Positions 37,540 to 51,450 of a stretch of DNA of 64,000 bases are shown here, one piece after another; positions within the stretch are counted from its first letter, which is position 1; the number at the start of each line of letters is the position of its first letter. Origin of the DNA: Octopus bimaculoides (Eukaryota); the NCBI RefSeq assembly GCF_001194135.2, contig NC_068981.1, positions 162,967,888 through 163,031,887 of the forward strand, in the 5' to 3' direction. Position numbers and translations under genes: made by a program. The notes under the pieces were generated by a model. That model worked only from the letters and a program-made list of their open reading frames with translations, had not been told where the DNA came from and ran no database searches.

Positions 37540-38735
37540 TAGTTTCAAATTTTGTCACAAGGGCAGCAATTTTGGGGGAGGGAATGAGTTGATTACATCG
37601 GCCCAGTGTTCAACTGGTACTTATTTTATCGATCCTGTAAAGATGAAAGGCAAAGTCAACCTTGGTGGAATTTGAACTCAGAATGCAGCGACAGGCGAAG
37701 TACCACTAAGTATTTCATCCAGTGTGCTAACAATTCTGCCAGCTTGCAGTCTTAATAATAATCCATTCTATTATAGACACAAGGCCCAAAATTGTAGGGG
37801 AGAGGACTAGTCGATTACATCAACCTCAGTGTCTCACTGATACTTCCTTGGCGGAAATTGAACTCAGAATGTAGTGATGGGCAAAATACTGCAAAGCATT
37901 TTGTCCAGCGCGCTAACAATTCTGCTAGCTCACTGCTGTAATAACAATAATAATAATAATCCTTTCTACTAAAGGCATAAGGCCTGAAATTTGGGAGAGG
38001 CGGATAGTCAATTACATTGACCCCAGTACTCAACTGGTACCAAAATTATCAACCCTGAAAAGATGAAAGGCAAATTGACCTCAGCGGTGGAAATTGAACT
38101 TTGAATGTAGTGATGGGTGAAATAACGCTAAGCATTTTGTCCAGTGTGCTAACAATTCTGCTAGCTTACTGCCATAATAACGATAATAATAATAATAAAT
38201 AAATGAAATAATCTTTCTCCATTTTAGGTAATAGCAACACAATGACTGGAGGTGTAAGGAGTGAGAAATTGAGATGCTGGACATGAAAAACAATAATGTT
38301 GAATAATTTTTTCTAATTTTGACGAGAAAGGGCAAGTTGATTATATCACATCCAGTACATGACTTTTACTTATCTTATTGATCCTGAAAGGCCAAGATGA
38401 ACTCAGTGGAATTTGAACCTAAAACCTAATGAGTTGGAAGAAATACTGCAAAGTACTTTTTTCTAATACTCTAAGAATTCTGCCAGCTTGCTGCTTTGAT
38501 AACAGTTATAATCCTCTCTACTATAGGTACAAGGACTGGAAATTTTGTGGTGGGGGAGAAGGGGATTAGTCAATTACATCATCCCAGTGATTAGCTTGTA
38601 TTTATTTTATCAACCCTGAAAGAATGAAAAGCTAAAGTCAACCTAAGCAGTATCTGAACTCAGAATGTAAAGGCAAACAAAATTGCTGCTAAGCATTTTG
38701 TCCAGCATGCTAACGATTCTGCCAGCTTGCCACCT
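37540..38735 (-). mobile_element. Cluster of 5 same-orientation Nin-domain-like SINEs
   Basis: Copies at 37540-37753 (B tail), 37759-37940 (A), 37967-38175 (A), about 38330-38495 and 38510-38735 (A), with (AAT)n spacers. Confidence 0.85.
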
Positions 38736-38760
38736 TAATAATAATGGCAACAACAATCGC

Positions 38761-38793
<33 letters not shown>

Positions 38794-39599
38794 TGTAGTA
38801 GTAAATTTAAAAATTTTTAAAATTGAAGAATTCCTGATTCCTTTATCCCAATGTAGTTTTCATAATCAGCAACAACAATAAAAAAAAAAAACAAAAAAAA
38901 ACAACAACACTGCAAATAAAAGATATTAGTTTTGTATTCGATTTTTAGTTGGTACTATTCTTACAAAAAAAAAAGACCATGTGTGTGTGTGTATGCATGT
39001 ATATATATATGTATATGTATGTACATATACACACACATATGTATATACACATACACACACATGCAAGTGCGGAAACCCTTGTAATGTTCAGTCCTGCCCA
39101 CATTCAAAGTACAATTTAAATACTCCTCATTTAAACAGCACCACAAGACTAAATGCATATAGTCATTTTTTTTTGTAATGTACTCCAGTAGTTTTAAACT
39201 GTGCAGTAAAGTTCCAAAAATAGTTGCCTCCTCGTCTTCCAAGGGGCAGTTTTGTCTCTTTAATCATATATTTTAAAGGTTGCAGAAAGTGTTCTATGGT
39301 TGGCAGATGCATATCTTAAATGACAACTCCTTGTAGAATATATTTATTGTTGTTGGGGCAATATGTAGTTAGTTTGGGTTGCTTTGAGAATGAGTGGAGG
39401 GTTTTCTTCTGAAATGTGAGGAGGTTAAAAGAATGTTAAGTGATTCAGTGATAAATTAGTATGAGCAATGTCTTAATTGGTTTATTGGTAGACTGGTAGC
39501 ACGGGAGACTGTGAAATTGAGGGAATGATGATCATGATAATAGTTTAATGAAAATGTTGGTAATGGAATTTTGCACTCACTCACATGCAAAGATGTGGA

Positions 39600-39957
39600 T
39601 ATATATGTGTGTGTGTGTGTGAGAAATAGTGTGTGTGTGTGCGTGTATATATATACATACATACACATACACTATGCATATCTATGTATATATGTATGCA
39701 CATATACTAAGTAAATATATATTTATATATTTAATATACGAGTATTTGTGTATGAATATATATATATATATATATATATGTATGCATATGTTTATGTGTG
39801 TATGTATGTATGTATGTGCAAGTGTGTATACATAACATTTTTGCATATATATAATATGTACATGTACCTTTATGAATATATAAAACGTGTATATGTCCAT
39901 AGGTATATATATGTGTGGGTATGTATATATATAGACAGACACACACGTGTCTGTAAA

Positions 39958-40009
<52 letters not shown>

Positions 40010-40200
40010 CACACAAATACATAAATATAAAATACATATGTATGAATGTATGTATATATATATATATACATACATACATATATATATATGCACATACACA
40101 TGCATATATAATATACCTATATGCACATATTATATTACTACATATATGTACGCATAAATATATGTAGGAAATACACACACACACACAGTACATAATATAT
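39600..40200. repeat. Compound (TA)n/(CA)n/(TACA)n microsatellite field, representative of many in the window; probably within the 3' UTR of the minus-strand gene
   Basis: Directly visible. Similar fields at about 22610-22790, 41290-41390, 61200-61460 and 63130-63380. Confidence 0.9.
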
Positions 40201-40599
40201 GTTATGTATACATCTGTTGGTGAGGAGAATGGAAATCAGTAAAAGACTTGTGGATGTGTTGTCTAACAATGAAGATCTTGCTACTGTAAAGGAGTTCAAC
40301 AAGAATTTGAGGGAAGAATAAAATGGGAATGACATTCTGCAAGTCAATATTCTTTTTTTCTTTTATTTTTTTGTCCAGTTCTGTTTTATTTAATTTTTTT
40401 TACTCTTTTTTTTTTCTTTCTTTTTCCATTTAAGAAATGTTTCTTAATAATTACCAATACCCCTCCCCTTTTTCCCTAAGAGTTAATGTATGTATATATA
40501 AATATGTATTTATTATATATATATATATATATATATACATACACATACATACAAACGCACATGCACACATACCCACACTCACACACACACACATCAATT

Positions 40600-40824
40600 T
40601 TATATTTTAGCTCGTTTCATCGGAGCTTCGTCAGTAGGAGTGTCGTAGCCATCACTGTCGTCCTCGTCTTCTTCGTCAAGTTGACGCATGAATGCAATGG
40701 AAGGATGATGCCCTGGTCCAGCCCATCCATCAGGGCTTTCTCCGTGTTTTCTAGTGTGACCATCTGTGTCCAGAGGAGAGCCAGATTGGCTGGTTCGGCC
40801 ACCTCCAAGGGATTGGGGAGGTAC
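40600..40824 (-). CDS. Terminal coding exon of an unidentified, probably nuclear protein
   Basis: Acceptor tcactcttttcattgtag|GTA (phase 0). 74 codons plus TAA: VPPQSLGGGRTSQSGSPLDTDGHTRKHGESPDGWAGPGHHPSIAFMRQLDEEDEDDSDGYDTPTDEAPMKRAKI*. GC- and CpG-rich island in an AT-rich background; acidic run and C-terminal P-x-K-R-x-K NLS-like motif. Confidence 0.75.
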   Translation of the reverse strand, partial: VPPQSLGGGRTSQSGSPLDTDGHTRKHGESPDGWAGPGHHPSIAFMRQLDEEDEDDSDGYDTPTDEAPMKRAKI

Positions 40825-41286
40825 CTACAATGAAAAGAGTGATGTGATATTTTACTCAGTCACGCTAACAGCCATCTGGGGGCTTTCTGAAATGTTTTTG
40901 TTTTTTTATTTTATTTTTTTTAATTGTTATTTTGACAGCCGAAAAAATATATAAAGGAATAAAAAAGTAAAAAAAAAAAAAATAACCAACTAAAGTGAAG
41001 GTCTTTTTATCTTCGTTTCTGTAATCAAATACAGTAATTAAAAATTTTGTATGACCACCTGAATGAAATTCTCTTTACGGAAATAGTTTAAGCTGAAATC
41101 AGTGATTATATTAAATTTGCTACTAGAACCGAACAATCTAGAGTTTGGATTTAAAAAAAAAATGAAAGTGAATGAAAAGAGAGAGTTGTATTTAAATTGT
41201 AGCTAGAAGTTAAGAATCTAAGATATTGCAGGGGTAAAAAAAAGTAAAAAAGTACATAGATATTTTTATATATCATGTATGTGTTT

Positions 41287-41388
<102 letters not shown>

Positions 41389-41592
41389 CATGCACACACT
41401 TATGTCAATAATATATATATATTATATAAATGATATATTGTATGTGTGTATATACATATATCAGATAATTTTCATGAGACTATCTGTTTATCTATCTATA
41501 TCCAATATACAAACATACATACATATGCATGTATACGATATCCAGGTCAGCTCAATTTACTTAATAAAAAGAAACCTTAAAGTAAGACTTAC

Positions 41593-41646
41593 CAGCTGAA
41601 AGACCTTAATTTTTTGATTATTTAATAGTGGTATGTATGCATGATT
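41593..41646 (-). CDS. Candidate 54-nt symmetric (phase 0-0) exon upstream of the terminal exon
   Basis: Acceptor ttcgtccctgcttgcccctccaaccctgcttag| with a CTAAA/CTAAG branch-like motif upstream; donor CTG|gtaagt. Only the phase-0 frame is open (NHAYIPLLNNQKIKVFQL), matching the phase of the terminal exon. Confidence 0.45.
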
Positions 41647-44600
41647 CTAAGCAGGGTTGGAGGGGCAAGCAGGGACGAACTTAGGTTTAGGTTTACTATT
41701 CATCTAACTTGATAAATAAAGGGGTTTCTGTCAGTGGTATTGGCTTGTTTCTTAACTTTTTTTTTCTTCTTTTTTTTACTTTCTTTCACCTCTACATGAC
41801 CTGGGTTGTTATATCACATCACTTTTTTCACAAGATCATACCCCAATCCCTTTCTGGCAGCATGACACTCAACTACAACCAATATAAAAAGGTAAAATAT
41901 CATAGGACTCCTTTCTTTACTGGCTCTCAAATGCACTGGTTTTTTTGTCACCAGACTCATTAAGTTTCCTTCTTTCCTTCCTCTGGGAGATATAAAGCTA
42001 GAAGTTATCTTTGATAGCAAATTTCTTTATATACATCACACACACAGACATTTAGTCATAAATATATACACACATACAAATAAACACACACACACATTCA
42101 TGCATATACAATATATATATATATATATATANNNNNNNNNNNNNNNNNNNNNNNNNNNNNNNNNNNNNNNNNNNNNNNNNNNNNNNNNNNNNNNNNNNNN
42201 NNNNNNNNNNNNNNNNNNNNNATATATATTCATACTTTGCTTGCTCTCTGTCTCACTTTTTCTTTTACAATCCTTGATTTTCTTTCTGACTTTCTTTTTC
42301 TCCTTCTTTAGAGATATCTCCATGGAAAAGCAATTTAATGAGGAAATCAAAAGAAAAGAAGAGAGAAAGAAAAACAATTCATGTTTTAGAAAGACATTTC
42401 AGCCCCCAAACAAAAACAAAAACAAAAAAAAAAACACTTGACTCCCCTCCCCTCACCACACAAAAAAACCCCAACAAAAAACAAATTGTCCATTAATCAG
42501 CCATTGACATTTCTCTTCAACAAACAAGGTTAAAGAAGAAACAAACAAATAATAAAGTAATAACATATAACAAGCTTCAGGGTAGTAGTACACCACGTAT
42601 GAAGATTTAGAGAGAAATCCGCCTAGCTAGCAATTGGTACCAACAAGATATTGTCAATGAATGTCTGAAATAATTAACTGATTACAAGCAATAGTAGAAT
42701 TGTGTTGCATTTGCCTGTGTGTGCTACTCTTTCAAAGACAGAGCATAGAAGACAAAAATAAAGAGAAGAAAAAAATATGAAGTGCTTAAATGCAAGTAAT
42801 GTTCTTTCCCATTGGAGATTGCTTCTAGCAACAGTCATTTAGCTTCAGGGTTACTGTCGTATGAGAGAAGTCTATGGGATTGCAAAAATGGAATACATAT
42901 ACATGTGAGTGTGTGTTTATGAAAGTATGTGATTGTATGTACAAAAACAAATGCATGCACTCTTTACCAATGTATGTTAAGACTGCATATCTAGTGATGA
43001 ACAGGAGTTGTGGTGGAGTTGAAGTAAAGGAGAGTCAAGCCAGTATAGTGGTAATAGTAGTAGTAGTAGTAGACGAATTTTGATTTAAAGACTTGACAGG
43101 TAAAAAAAAAATCCTAGGTGGCAACAGGTGCTGAGTGAGGCTGTTGTTAGAAAGGGACTCATGGGAGGGGGAACAGGACAAGAACATGATGGTGGCCTGG
43201 TGAGGTGAACACCATTAGAGGAAGTGTTGGATAATGGGTAGAATGCAAGGAATAGTATTGAAGGATAGACAGTGTGTGTGTGTGCATGTATGTTAAGTAG
43301 GTGTAACTCTTGCTGTGTGGTTAAATAGTTCACTTCCCAACATGGAACCTTGGGTAAGTCTCTTCTACTAAAGGCCTAGGATGACTAAAGCCTTGTGAAT
43401 GGATCTGGTAGATGGAAAGTAAAAGAAGCCTGTCATATAATATATATGTGTAGCTATAAATGTATCTGTGTGATTGTGGGTAGAACTGAGAGAGCATCTT
43501 GGTGTCTTTTGCCACATGTTGCCTTAGTACACATTCCATCCCCATCCTGGCTGGCCACCAAGAAGAGTAACCAAGTAGCTATAAGGTCAGTGGGTAAGCA
43601 CATAACGATGAGGATCTCTCCAGGTACTGATCACATCTGAAAGAAATTCTTAAGTGTAACAAAAAGGACAGACTCAAGTCAAATGAAACTAGGTATGTGT
43701 ATATATGTATAATGAAAGCAATGAACATAAAAAGAAAGAAAACAATGTAGGAGGGACAAGTTTTAACAAATGTTGTATTAATTTAATGCTTAAAAAGAAG
43801 AAAGTGTTTCTGCAAAAATGAGATCCTAAAAGCATATCATTTTGTCTACAAATCCGTCCCTACCAAGCCCTCCCCACAATTATTCTTCCAAACAACCACT
43901 CCTCCATCATTCTTTTAACAACAGTACTATTTCCTCTGCTACTGTAATTATACAAGAGCATCCACTTTTGTGCCAGACAGTTTCCCCACTCATCTTAGAG
44001 CCACCACACCTTATCAAAATCATCCCATACCATTTTATTTTCCAATGATATTGGTCATGGATGCTCCTTACTTGTTTGTCACTCACTGTCCATGATCACC
44101 CTATATAGCTCTGATCTTCACCCCTGTCTCTGCACAAGCCTCCTTCCCGCATACATTTAACATCATCTTCCTGTTTCTCTACAATACACCCTAACGTTTT
44201 TGTACTCCTACTTCTGTACTTCTGACCCTCTCCTATTTTGTTTGTTTTTCCCCCCCAATCTGAGATTATTTATTAATAATGTCCTCTGTTTAACAATTTA
44301 CTGAATCCACCTATATCCCCATCTCTAACCATCTATCACTCTTCTCATACCCCTGGGAGCATACCTAGCCACACAACTCCTATTCTTCTGTCCCAATACT
44401 CTTAAACCTTGAGGTTATGTCTGTCATTTCAGCATGAACCACTTTTGTTATCACTTTCAAAACTGCAACAGCCATGTATGTTCTCTTCAGCAAGACACCT
44501 GTTCATATACCTCTCTCATAATCTTACCTCTCAACATTAGGCCTAAAGTCACCTGTTTCTATACTAAACATCCAATTAGTCAAGGGATCTTGCATTGCGA

Positions 44601-45154
44601 GTTAGTTGTCAATGACACTGGTGCCAGTGGTATGAGAGAATATCTAGTACATGCTGTAAAGTGGTTGGCATTAAAAGGCCATGCCAAAGCAGACAATGAA
44701 GTTCAGTGCAGTCCTCTGACCTGCCGAATCTTGTCACACCATCCAATCCATGTCAGCATGGAAAGACATAAAATGATGAAGATATAAACAGGGATATATG
44801 TACACATAGATAGGGTTGTAATCCAAGCTTTCTCTTTTTTCTTTACTCTCCCCTCTATCCATCTATAGGACTCGTGATAACTGACTATAGCAAATGAAAC
44901 ACGTATTGGTAAATAAATACCAAAACTTCTTTCCAATCTCCTGTTCTGATACCCGTATACATATATATGCAAATACACAGATATATATATATATATAAGG
45001 ATACACACACACACACATATATATATAGCTAGATATATGAATAGATGTGTGTGTGTGTGTGTGTGTATACATATGGAATACACACAGCTTTCCCAATATA
45101 TGTAAGTATATATATATATCCAAAAACACACATTTACATTTATAAATGTATGTA

Positions 45155-45960
45155 TCCAGTAAAGAATCTTGGTGATGCTGCAAGACTTAATACAATCTAC
45201 AAGTGGGCTGTAAAAGACAATTTGCAATTTGCAATTTATCCCTGGAAAATTCTAACCTCTTTATCATCAGTCTGCTAACACGCCACAGTGAGGATCACAC
45301 TTGACCTGAAGTGATTCTAATTTCAGATTTGCAATCACTACATGACCTTGTGATTGAGGACACATCTTTTCATGTACACATTACTAAGACTGTAACAATT
45401 TGCAGAAAGATGGTGAGATAGAACTGGAGATTGTTCAGTAACCGAGAGAGCAGGAAATCTTGCTGGTTTTGTAGAAAACATTTGTCCGCAGACACCTAGA
45501 CTACTACCCACAACTATGCTCACCAATCAGTACTAAACTAACAGCTGGTCTAGGTTGAAACAATGCTATGAAACTTTATGAAGATTGCCTCAATGTACCA
45601 GCTAAGCATCTAGGAAAGACTGAAAGCATTAAAACTCTACTCCTTGGAGAGAAATCAGGAAAGATATACAGTGGTCTAAACATGTATGATCCTAGAAGAG
45701 CCCATGCCAAACTTCGGTATGGAAAACCATACCAATCTCTGAAGAAGTCATCACTGTATAGACCCAAAGGTCAATGCAAAAATCAGTAACACTAAGTTAA
45801 TGAGACCTTGCTAATGAAAATGAGATGTCTACATGGAGTAGATAAAGATGTACTCAAGAAGGACCTAGATAATGCTTTATCTCCAATTTCAAATCAATCA
45901 ATATTATACCAAATATTGCAACTGAACGCTGCAACATTAAACTCTTTAGGGATCCAGCAT
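45155..45960 (+). mobile_element. Decayed CR1-group (L2/Crack/Daphne-like) LINE RT 3' region
   Basis: Remnants LNTIYKWAVKDNLQF, RHLDYYPQLCSP, VDKDVLKKDLDNALS and AATLNSL match DLxxIYxWAxxNNMxF, PHLDYCSQLWSP, VDxFKxxLDxxL and RAAxxNSL. Confidence 0.7.
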
Positions 45961-46631
45961 TGCCACAGCCTTTGAGTTGAAGCTCATAAAAAAGTATATA
46001 ATGCATCAGCTTTGAATAAATGAAGGATACATTTATCATTTATTCAAAGCCAGGTAGAGTAAGACAGAGAAGCTTCTGCTTCAAAACGAGTATATTAAGT
46101 CTAGCATATGTATCAAATAGTTTTTCTTCCACCTGTATATCTAATCACACACACACACACACACACNNNNNNNNNNNNNNNNNNNNNNNNNNNNNNNNNN
46201 NNNNNNNNNNNNNNNNNNNNNNNNNNNNNNNNNNNNNNNNNNNNNNNNNNNNNNNNNNNNNNNNNNNNNNNNNNNNNNNNNNNNNNNNNNNNNNNNNNNN
46301 NNNNNNNNNNNNNNNNNNCAGTGGATAAAGTGAAAAAAAAAAAATTAATTTGTATCAAAAAACAAACTAATGAAAAGAAAAAAAAAGATTTTTAATGATC
46401 ACTAATATGAAGAATTTTTCTTTCAATATGACAACAAAACAGATTTTATATAAGACCATCATCATCATCATTATCATCATCATCAAGACTGATATTACCA
46501 TAATTATCAAAATGTTAAATAATAGCAAATTGACGGATCATTGTTGAGCTGTAAGAGTAGAAATTATTGCCAGTAATTTCTATTTCAAAAATGGAAAGGT
46601 AGCCTCTTTTCCTTTTATTCTAAATGAAATA

Positions 46632-46679
<48 letters not shown>

Positions 46680-46801
46680 CATGTGTAGAGGTGTCTAGTA
46701 TGGTATATCTTGAAAATGAATGCATGGAAATGACATGCCACTATGTATAAAGGTATCCAATTGTGATTCTGTTCTGACCCAGCCATTATGGAATTCTTTA
46801 A

Positions 46802-47015
46802 ACCTTTTGATTCCAAACCCACCTGAGACTGCCCTTGGATTTATGATACAAAATTCCACTTTTTAAGTGAACTAAATTATAACTTTCCATCAAAATTTCA
46901 TGTTAATTCATGTTTTAAACATCAGCTTAACAATGACAAAATTACTTTATTAAATTCTGCATTATCTTCAAAATTAAGTAAAACAAAAGTAGTCTATTTC
47001 AACAGGAATAGAGTA
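46802..47015. mobile_element. Decayed MITE-like element with TTAA/CC-type left end
   Basis: tttaaaccttttgattccaaacccacctgagactgcc..aacaggaatagagtaat resembles a recalled octopus DNA-element repeat. Right TIR not clean. Confidence 0.35.
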
Positions 47016-47453
47016 ATGAATGAATGAATTGTCTTCATGGCATTTTTGCTTTTGTTCTTGAGCCAAAGGAAAAAAAAAAGATTTTGCATAAACTACATAC
47101 AATATAATTAACAACTGTCTGCATGATAGCTGTTGTTCATCACCAGGTTGACCCCATATTTAATAAAAAAATTTTTTAATACATATTATGAAGATCCTAA
47201 AATTTCTAGTCTTAAGTAATTATATATAGTGCCATTTCACCCTTATTAGAAATCGTCAGCATGACATAACTCAAGGTAAATGAATTGAATATTTTATGAA
47301 CTGTGTTATTTCTTAAAGATGAGAAATAATTTGTCTGGAGGATGTTTCTGGAATGTGTTGTTTTTCATATTTTTGTTTTTATTTTACTGATAAATCAGAA
47401 AAACATGGCTATATTTGTCGCTACCTGATGCAACATTTCAATGAGAGATGGTT

Positions 47454-47487
<34 letters not shown>

Positions 47488-48024
47488 AACACCATTTACA
47501 ATGTGTTATGCACTACATTAATGCAGAACTTCAAGAGAGAAAGATAGTTTTTAATGAATATTTACAAATGTTAGTTTTTCTTATTTAGCTGTGATTATAA
47601 ATGTAATAATATTGAATATGTCTTAATGAAACATTGGCAGTGTACAAAATGATTTGAAAAAGATTATTTGTATGCAATAAAGATATATGTTCTAAGGTAT
47701 AAGTGTATGTTATACATATGAGATTGTAATCATATGTAATTAAGTTCAGATATCAACGCATATATATTTATACACATGTATCACTACATACCATGAGCAC
47801 ACACACAAACAAGCAAGCACAAACACTGCTCATTTCACCACATTACACACACATTTTACTGGTATCAGTCTCTGCAATGCAGTTATTGTGGGGCATTGAT
47901 TTCATTGATTATATCAATCCCAATATTTTTTTCTTATTGTATTGTTATCCATTTATCAAACAGATATCATTAGTGATATCAAAAGATATCTTTTGATATT
48001 AGTGATATCAAAAGATATCTGACT

Positions 48025-48300
48025 GAGGGCACATGGCTTAGTGGTTAGGCTGTTGCACCCATGATCATGAGATCGTGGTTTCAATTTCTGGGCTGGGTGG
48101 TGCACTGTGTTCTTGAGCAAAACACCTCATATCAGTTTGCTCTGTGATCACTAACACCTGATGTGTTACACATCATGCACCTGTACAGGCAATGTCAATT
48201 TGATGGAGGGAGCAAGCTACTGTACAGCACAAGCATCTGATCACTATAAACAAATAATCTGTGCAGGCTGTTCAGCAAGAAATTGCAGAACATTTATTGT
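48025..48300 (+). mobile_element. tRNA-derived SINE (different head family)
   Basis: gagggcacatggcttagtggttagg..gtggtttcaatttctggg..gtgttcttgagcaaaacacct has A box, B box and the ttgagcaa.acac core. A related minus-strand head lies at about 6170-6300. Confidence 0.7.
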
Positions 48301-48807
48301 TATCAAATAAGTAAGCATGTATGTGAGTGTAGTGATAATCATACAAAGGATATATAGGCTATATTATCTTGTGGTTTGAGTTGGTTAAAGCAGGGGCTAA
48401 AATGCTTGGGGAAAAATACCTAAAACATATTTCAAACTGAACACAATTTGAATTAACCACTTGGTCTGGTTTACCATTTCTATTAACGGTTCTTTAACAA
48501 GCATATAAATGTGTATGTAATAAGGTAGATGTGAATATAGTTATATGGATACACTTATGTCCGTGTCTGTAGTCACCTGCCTATATCGATCATATATATA
48601 CGAAAATAGTCTTAGAACTGTGCATAGACACATTTGCAATAATTTAACTGTCTATACAGCAACTCTAAGTGAATATAACATGCAATTTAAACAAATTACT
48701 TAAAAAAAAAAAAAGAGAAAAAAAATCACGTAAAATTATTTTGGTTTGGAAGAAACCAAAACTGATTATGCTAATAGTTGTTGCTGAACATTGCAAAGAA
48801 GAGAGGG

Positions 48808-48864
<57 letters not shown>

Positions 48865-49144
48865 AAGACAGATAGCTATATTCTTTTACAAATTCCTGTC
48901 ATTGGACTAAGGCTATGCTGAGACATTGCCTTCAAGTATGTTAGTCAGAATATATGGGAATGAGTATTTTGGGGAGAGAGAGAGAGACTGTGTGAGTGTG
49001 TATATGTGAGAGAGAAAGGAGAAAAGAAGTTATAAAAACGTGATGTCAGAACCTAAAGATAATCCTTAAGAGATATTTAGGATAATGTGAAATGGTTAAA
49101 TTTATAACTGAGTTTCAAAGATAGAAAGGAGAGAAGTGGAAGAG

Positions 49145-49234
<90 letters not shown>

Positions 49235-49560
49235 TAGTACATACAAAATAAGGATAGGGCGAAGTTTCTGACAAACACATACATACAAATATATATATAT
49301 ATATAGTGAAAGAAAATATCCACATGAAAAATATATTCTTCACAACAGCAATTCCATGCTGGAGCCGAAAAGACCAAATGGTGAAAATACAAAGATGAAA
49401 GGTCCCAGACTGTCCCCTATGTGTATGTGTGTGTGTTTGATATTGAGTGACATAGAGAATGTGGTGAGTTACAACCAAGGAAAGGGCACTGGCGAANNNN
49501 NNNNNNTTACAGACATTATTTGTATGCACAAAAACACTCATGTACCCATTTTTGTATCTT

Positions 49561-49608
<48 letters not shown>

Positions 49609-50088
49609 ACAGTCCCTATTCTATGTGTTAGTATGCATTCTATATTTCTGCACACACAAAATCACACATGCACCAACTGTTCTATCATCATTCATCACAC
49701 ACAATCACTCATGCACATATGCATATGCACACACATTCAGAAACACATATGCATACTTAAAAGCATTAGCACACACACACACGCACACACATAAAGATTG
49801 TGTACATGTAAAGGCTAACACCAGACCAGAACATGCAAATAACAGCTGCGCTCAATACTGTCCCTGCAAACTCATTTCAGAGAAACGGCGGTAGAAAAAC
49901 TGTTCCTGCAATACTGAAAGACATCAATCAATAATGCCACACCAGCACAACGCCACCACCATAATCACCACAAGTAGCAGCAGCAGCAGCAGACAAAACC
50001 ATCCTGAGCTGCTGTTACAAGGTTGGTAGTGGAGGTTGCAGTGATTGTGGTGGTAGGTGATATGATATGAGAGAGGGGGGGAAGGAAG

Positions 50089-50134
<46 letters not shown>

Positions 50135-51000
50135 CAGAAAAAAAAGTAAATGAATAAATAAAACAGTATGAAATAAGAAATAGAAACAAAACAAAAGAAA
50201 GAGTGTTTCTTTCCTGATATAATTCAAAACAGATAAATCAACAAAAACAATGACAAAAATATCTAGTTTTACAAAACAAAATAAAAAAAAAAAAACCCCA
50301 TAAAATAAAAATTTAAAATTTAGAAGAAAAAAAATATAAAGAACAAAAGGGAAGAAAATAAAGAAAAGAAAGGTTTTCCGAAATTGAGGCGAAAACAACC
50401 AAATCTTGGAACAAAAATTCTTTATTCCAAGGAAGGAGTGATACAACAGCCACACAAGTTTATTCTTGGGAATATTTGCAATTTGTCAATGCCATAATGC
50501 TAAATGGAACTATGCTTGAAATGTTAGTGCCATCACCACCACCATAATAATAATAATAATGATGATAATAATGATTAATAATAATAATAATAATGGTAAT
50601 CATAATAAGTCGTGTTGATTAAAAATGATAAACAAAAAAAATTAAATAAAATTGAAAAAAAAAAATGAAGAGCAAAAGAGTTGGTTTTTTTTTTGTTTTG
50701 ATTGGTTAAATATAGGAAGGAAAAAAGATATACTAGAGACAGATATGATTCGCTTAAATGTAATACACGACTTCATGCATTACAAGAAAAGAGAGGGGGG
50801 GGGGAAAATTTGGAGACAGTTTTGGTACAAGTGTTTTAGAGATTTTTAAGTTTTAAAGTGGACCATTAGTGTTTGGTTCTTGTGAGCACAGCAGTGCTGT
50901 AAATTTAGGGTTTGAAAATAACCCCCACTCCACCAAAAAAATCAACCAAATAGAATATGGATTGAATGAGAACAATTATTTATTATTATTATCATTATTA

Positions 51001-51450
51001 AGGTGGTGAGCTGGCAGAATTGTTAGCACATCGGGCAAAATGCTTAGCAGCATATTTTGTCTGTCTGTCTGCACATTCTGAGTTCAAATTCTGCCAAAGT
51101 CAACTTTGCTTTTCATCCTTTCAGGGTTGATAAATTTAGTACCAGTGAAACACTGGGGTCAATGTAATTGACTGATCCTCTCTTCCAAAATTTCAGGCCT
51201 TGTGCCTATAGTGGAAAGGATTATTATTATTATTAAGGTGGTGAGCTGGCAGAATTGTTAGCACACTGGGCAAAATGCTTAGTGGCATTTCATTCGTCTT
51301 TACATTTGGAGTTCAAATTCTACCGAGGACAACTTTGTCTTTCATCTTTTTGGAGGTCAATAAATTAAGTGCCAATCAAGTACTGGGGTTGATGTAATGG
51401 ACTTATCCTCCACTCCAAATGGTTGCCCTTGTGGCAAAATTTGAAATTAT
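51001..51450 (+). mobile_element. Head-to-tail Nin-domain-like SINE pair (A tail 51001-51228, then B tail 51237-51446)
   Basis: (ATT)n-aaggtggtgagctggcagaattgttagcac..ggccttgtgcctatagtggaaagg-(ATT)n-aaggtggtgagctggcag..gcccttgtggcaaaatttgaa-(ATT)n. Confidence 0.9.

Noticed and set aside
39456-40193. YI/CV/HT/SL-rich ORFs here and throughout the window
   Set aside because: Translations of (TA)n, (TG)n, (CA)n and (CT)n microsatellites.
40213-40320. Plus-strand peptide LLVRRMEISKRLVDVLSNNEDLATVKEFNKNLREE*
   Set aside because: Short, no acceptor, and lies antisense within the likely 3' UTR.
41835-41891. 57-nt plus-strand exon-like segment (IIPQSLSGSMTLNYNQYKK) resembling VPPQSLGG
   Set aside because: The resemblance is only the 12-nt complementary match already reported. 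The donor is weak and there is no connected plus-strand gene.
49348-49935. Short plus-strand peptides NSMLEPKRPNGENTKMKGPRLSPM and LTPDQNMQITAALNTVPANSFQRNGGRKTVPAILKDINQ*
   Set aside because: Weak splice sites, no phase-consistent chain and no recognisable family.
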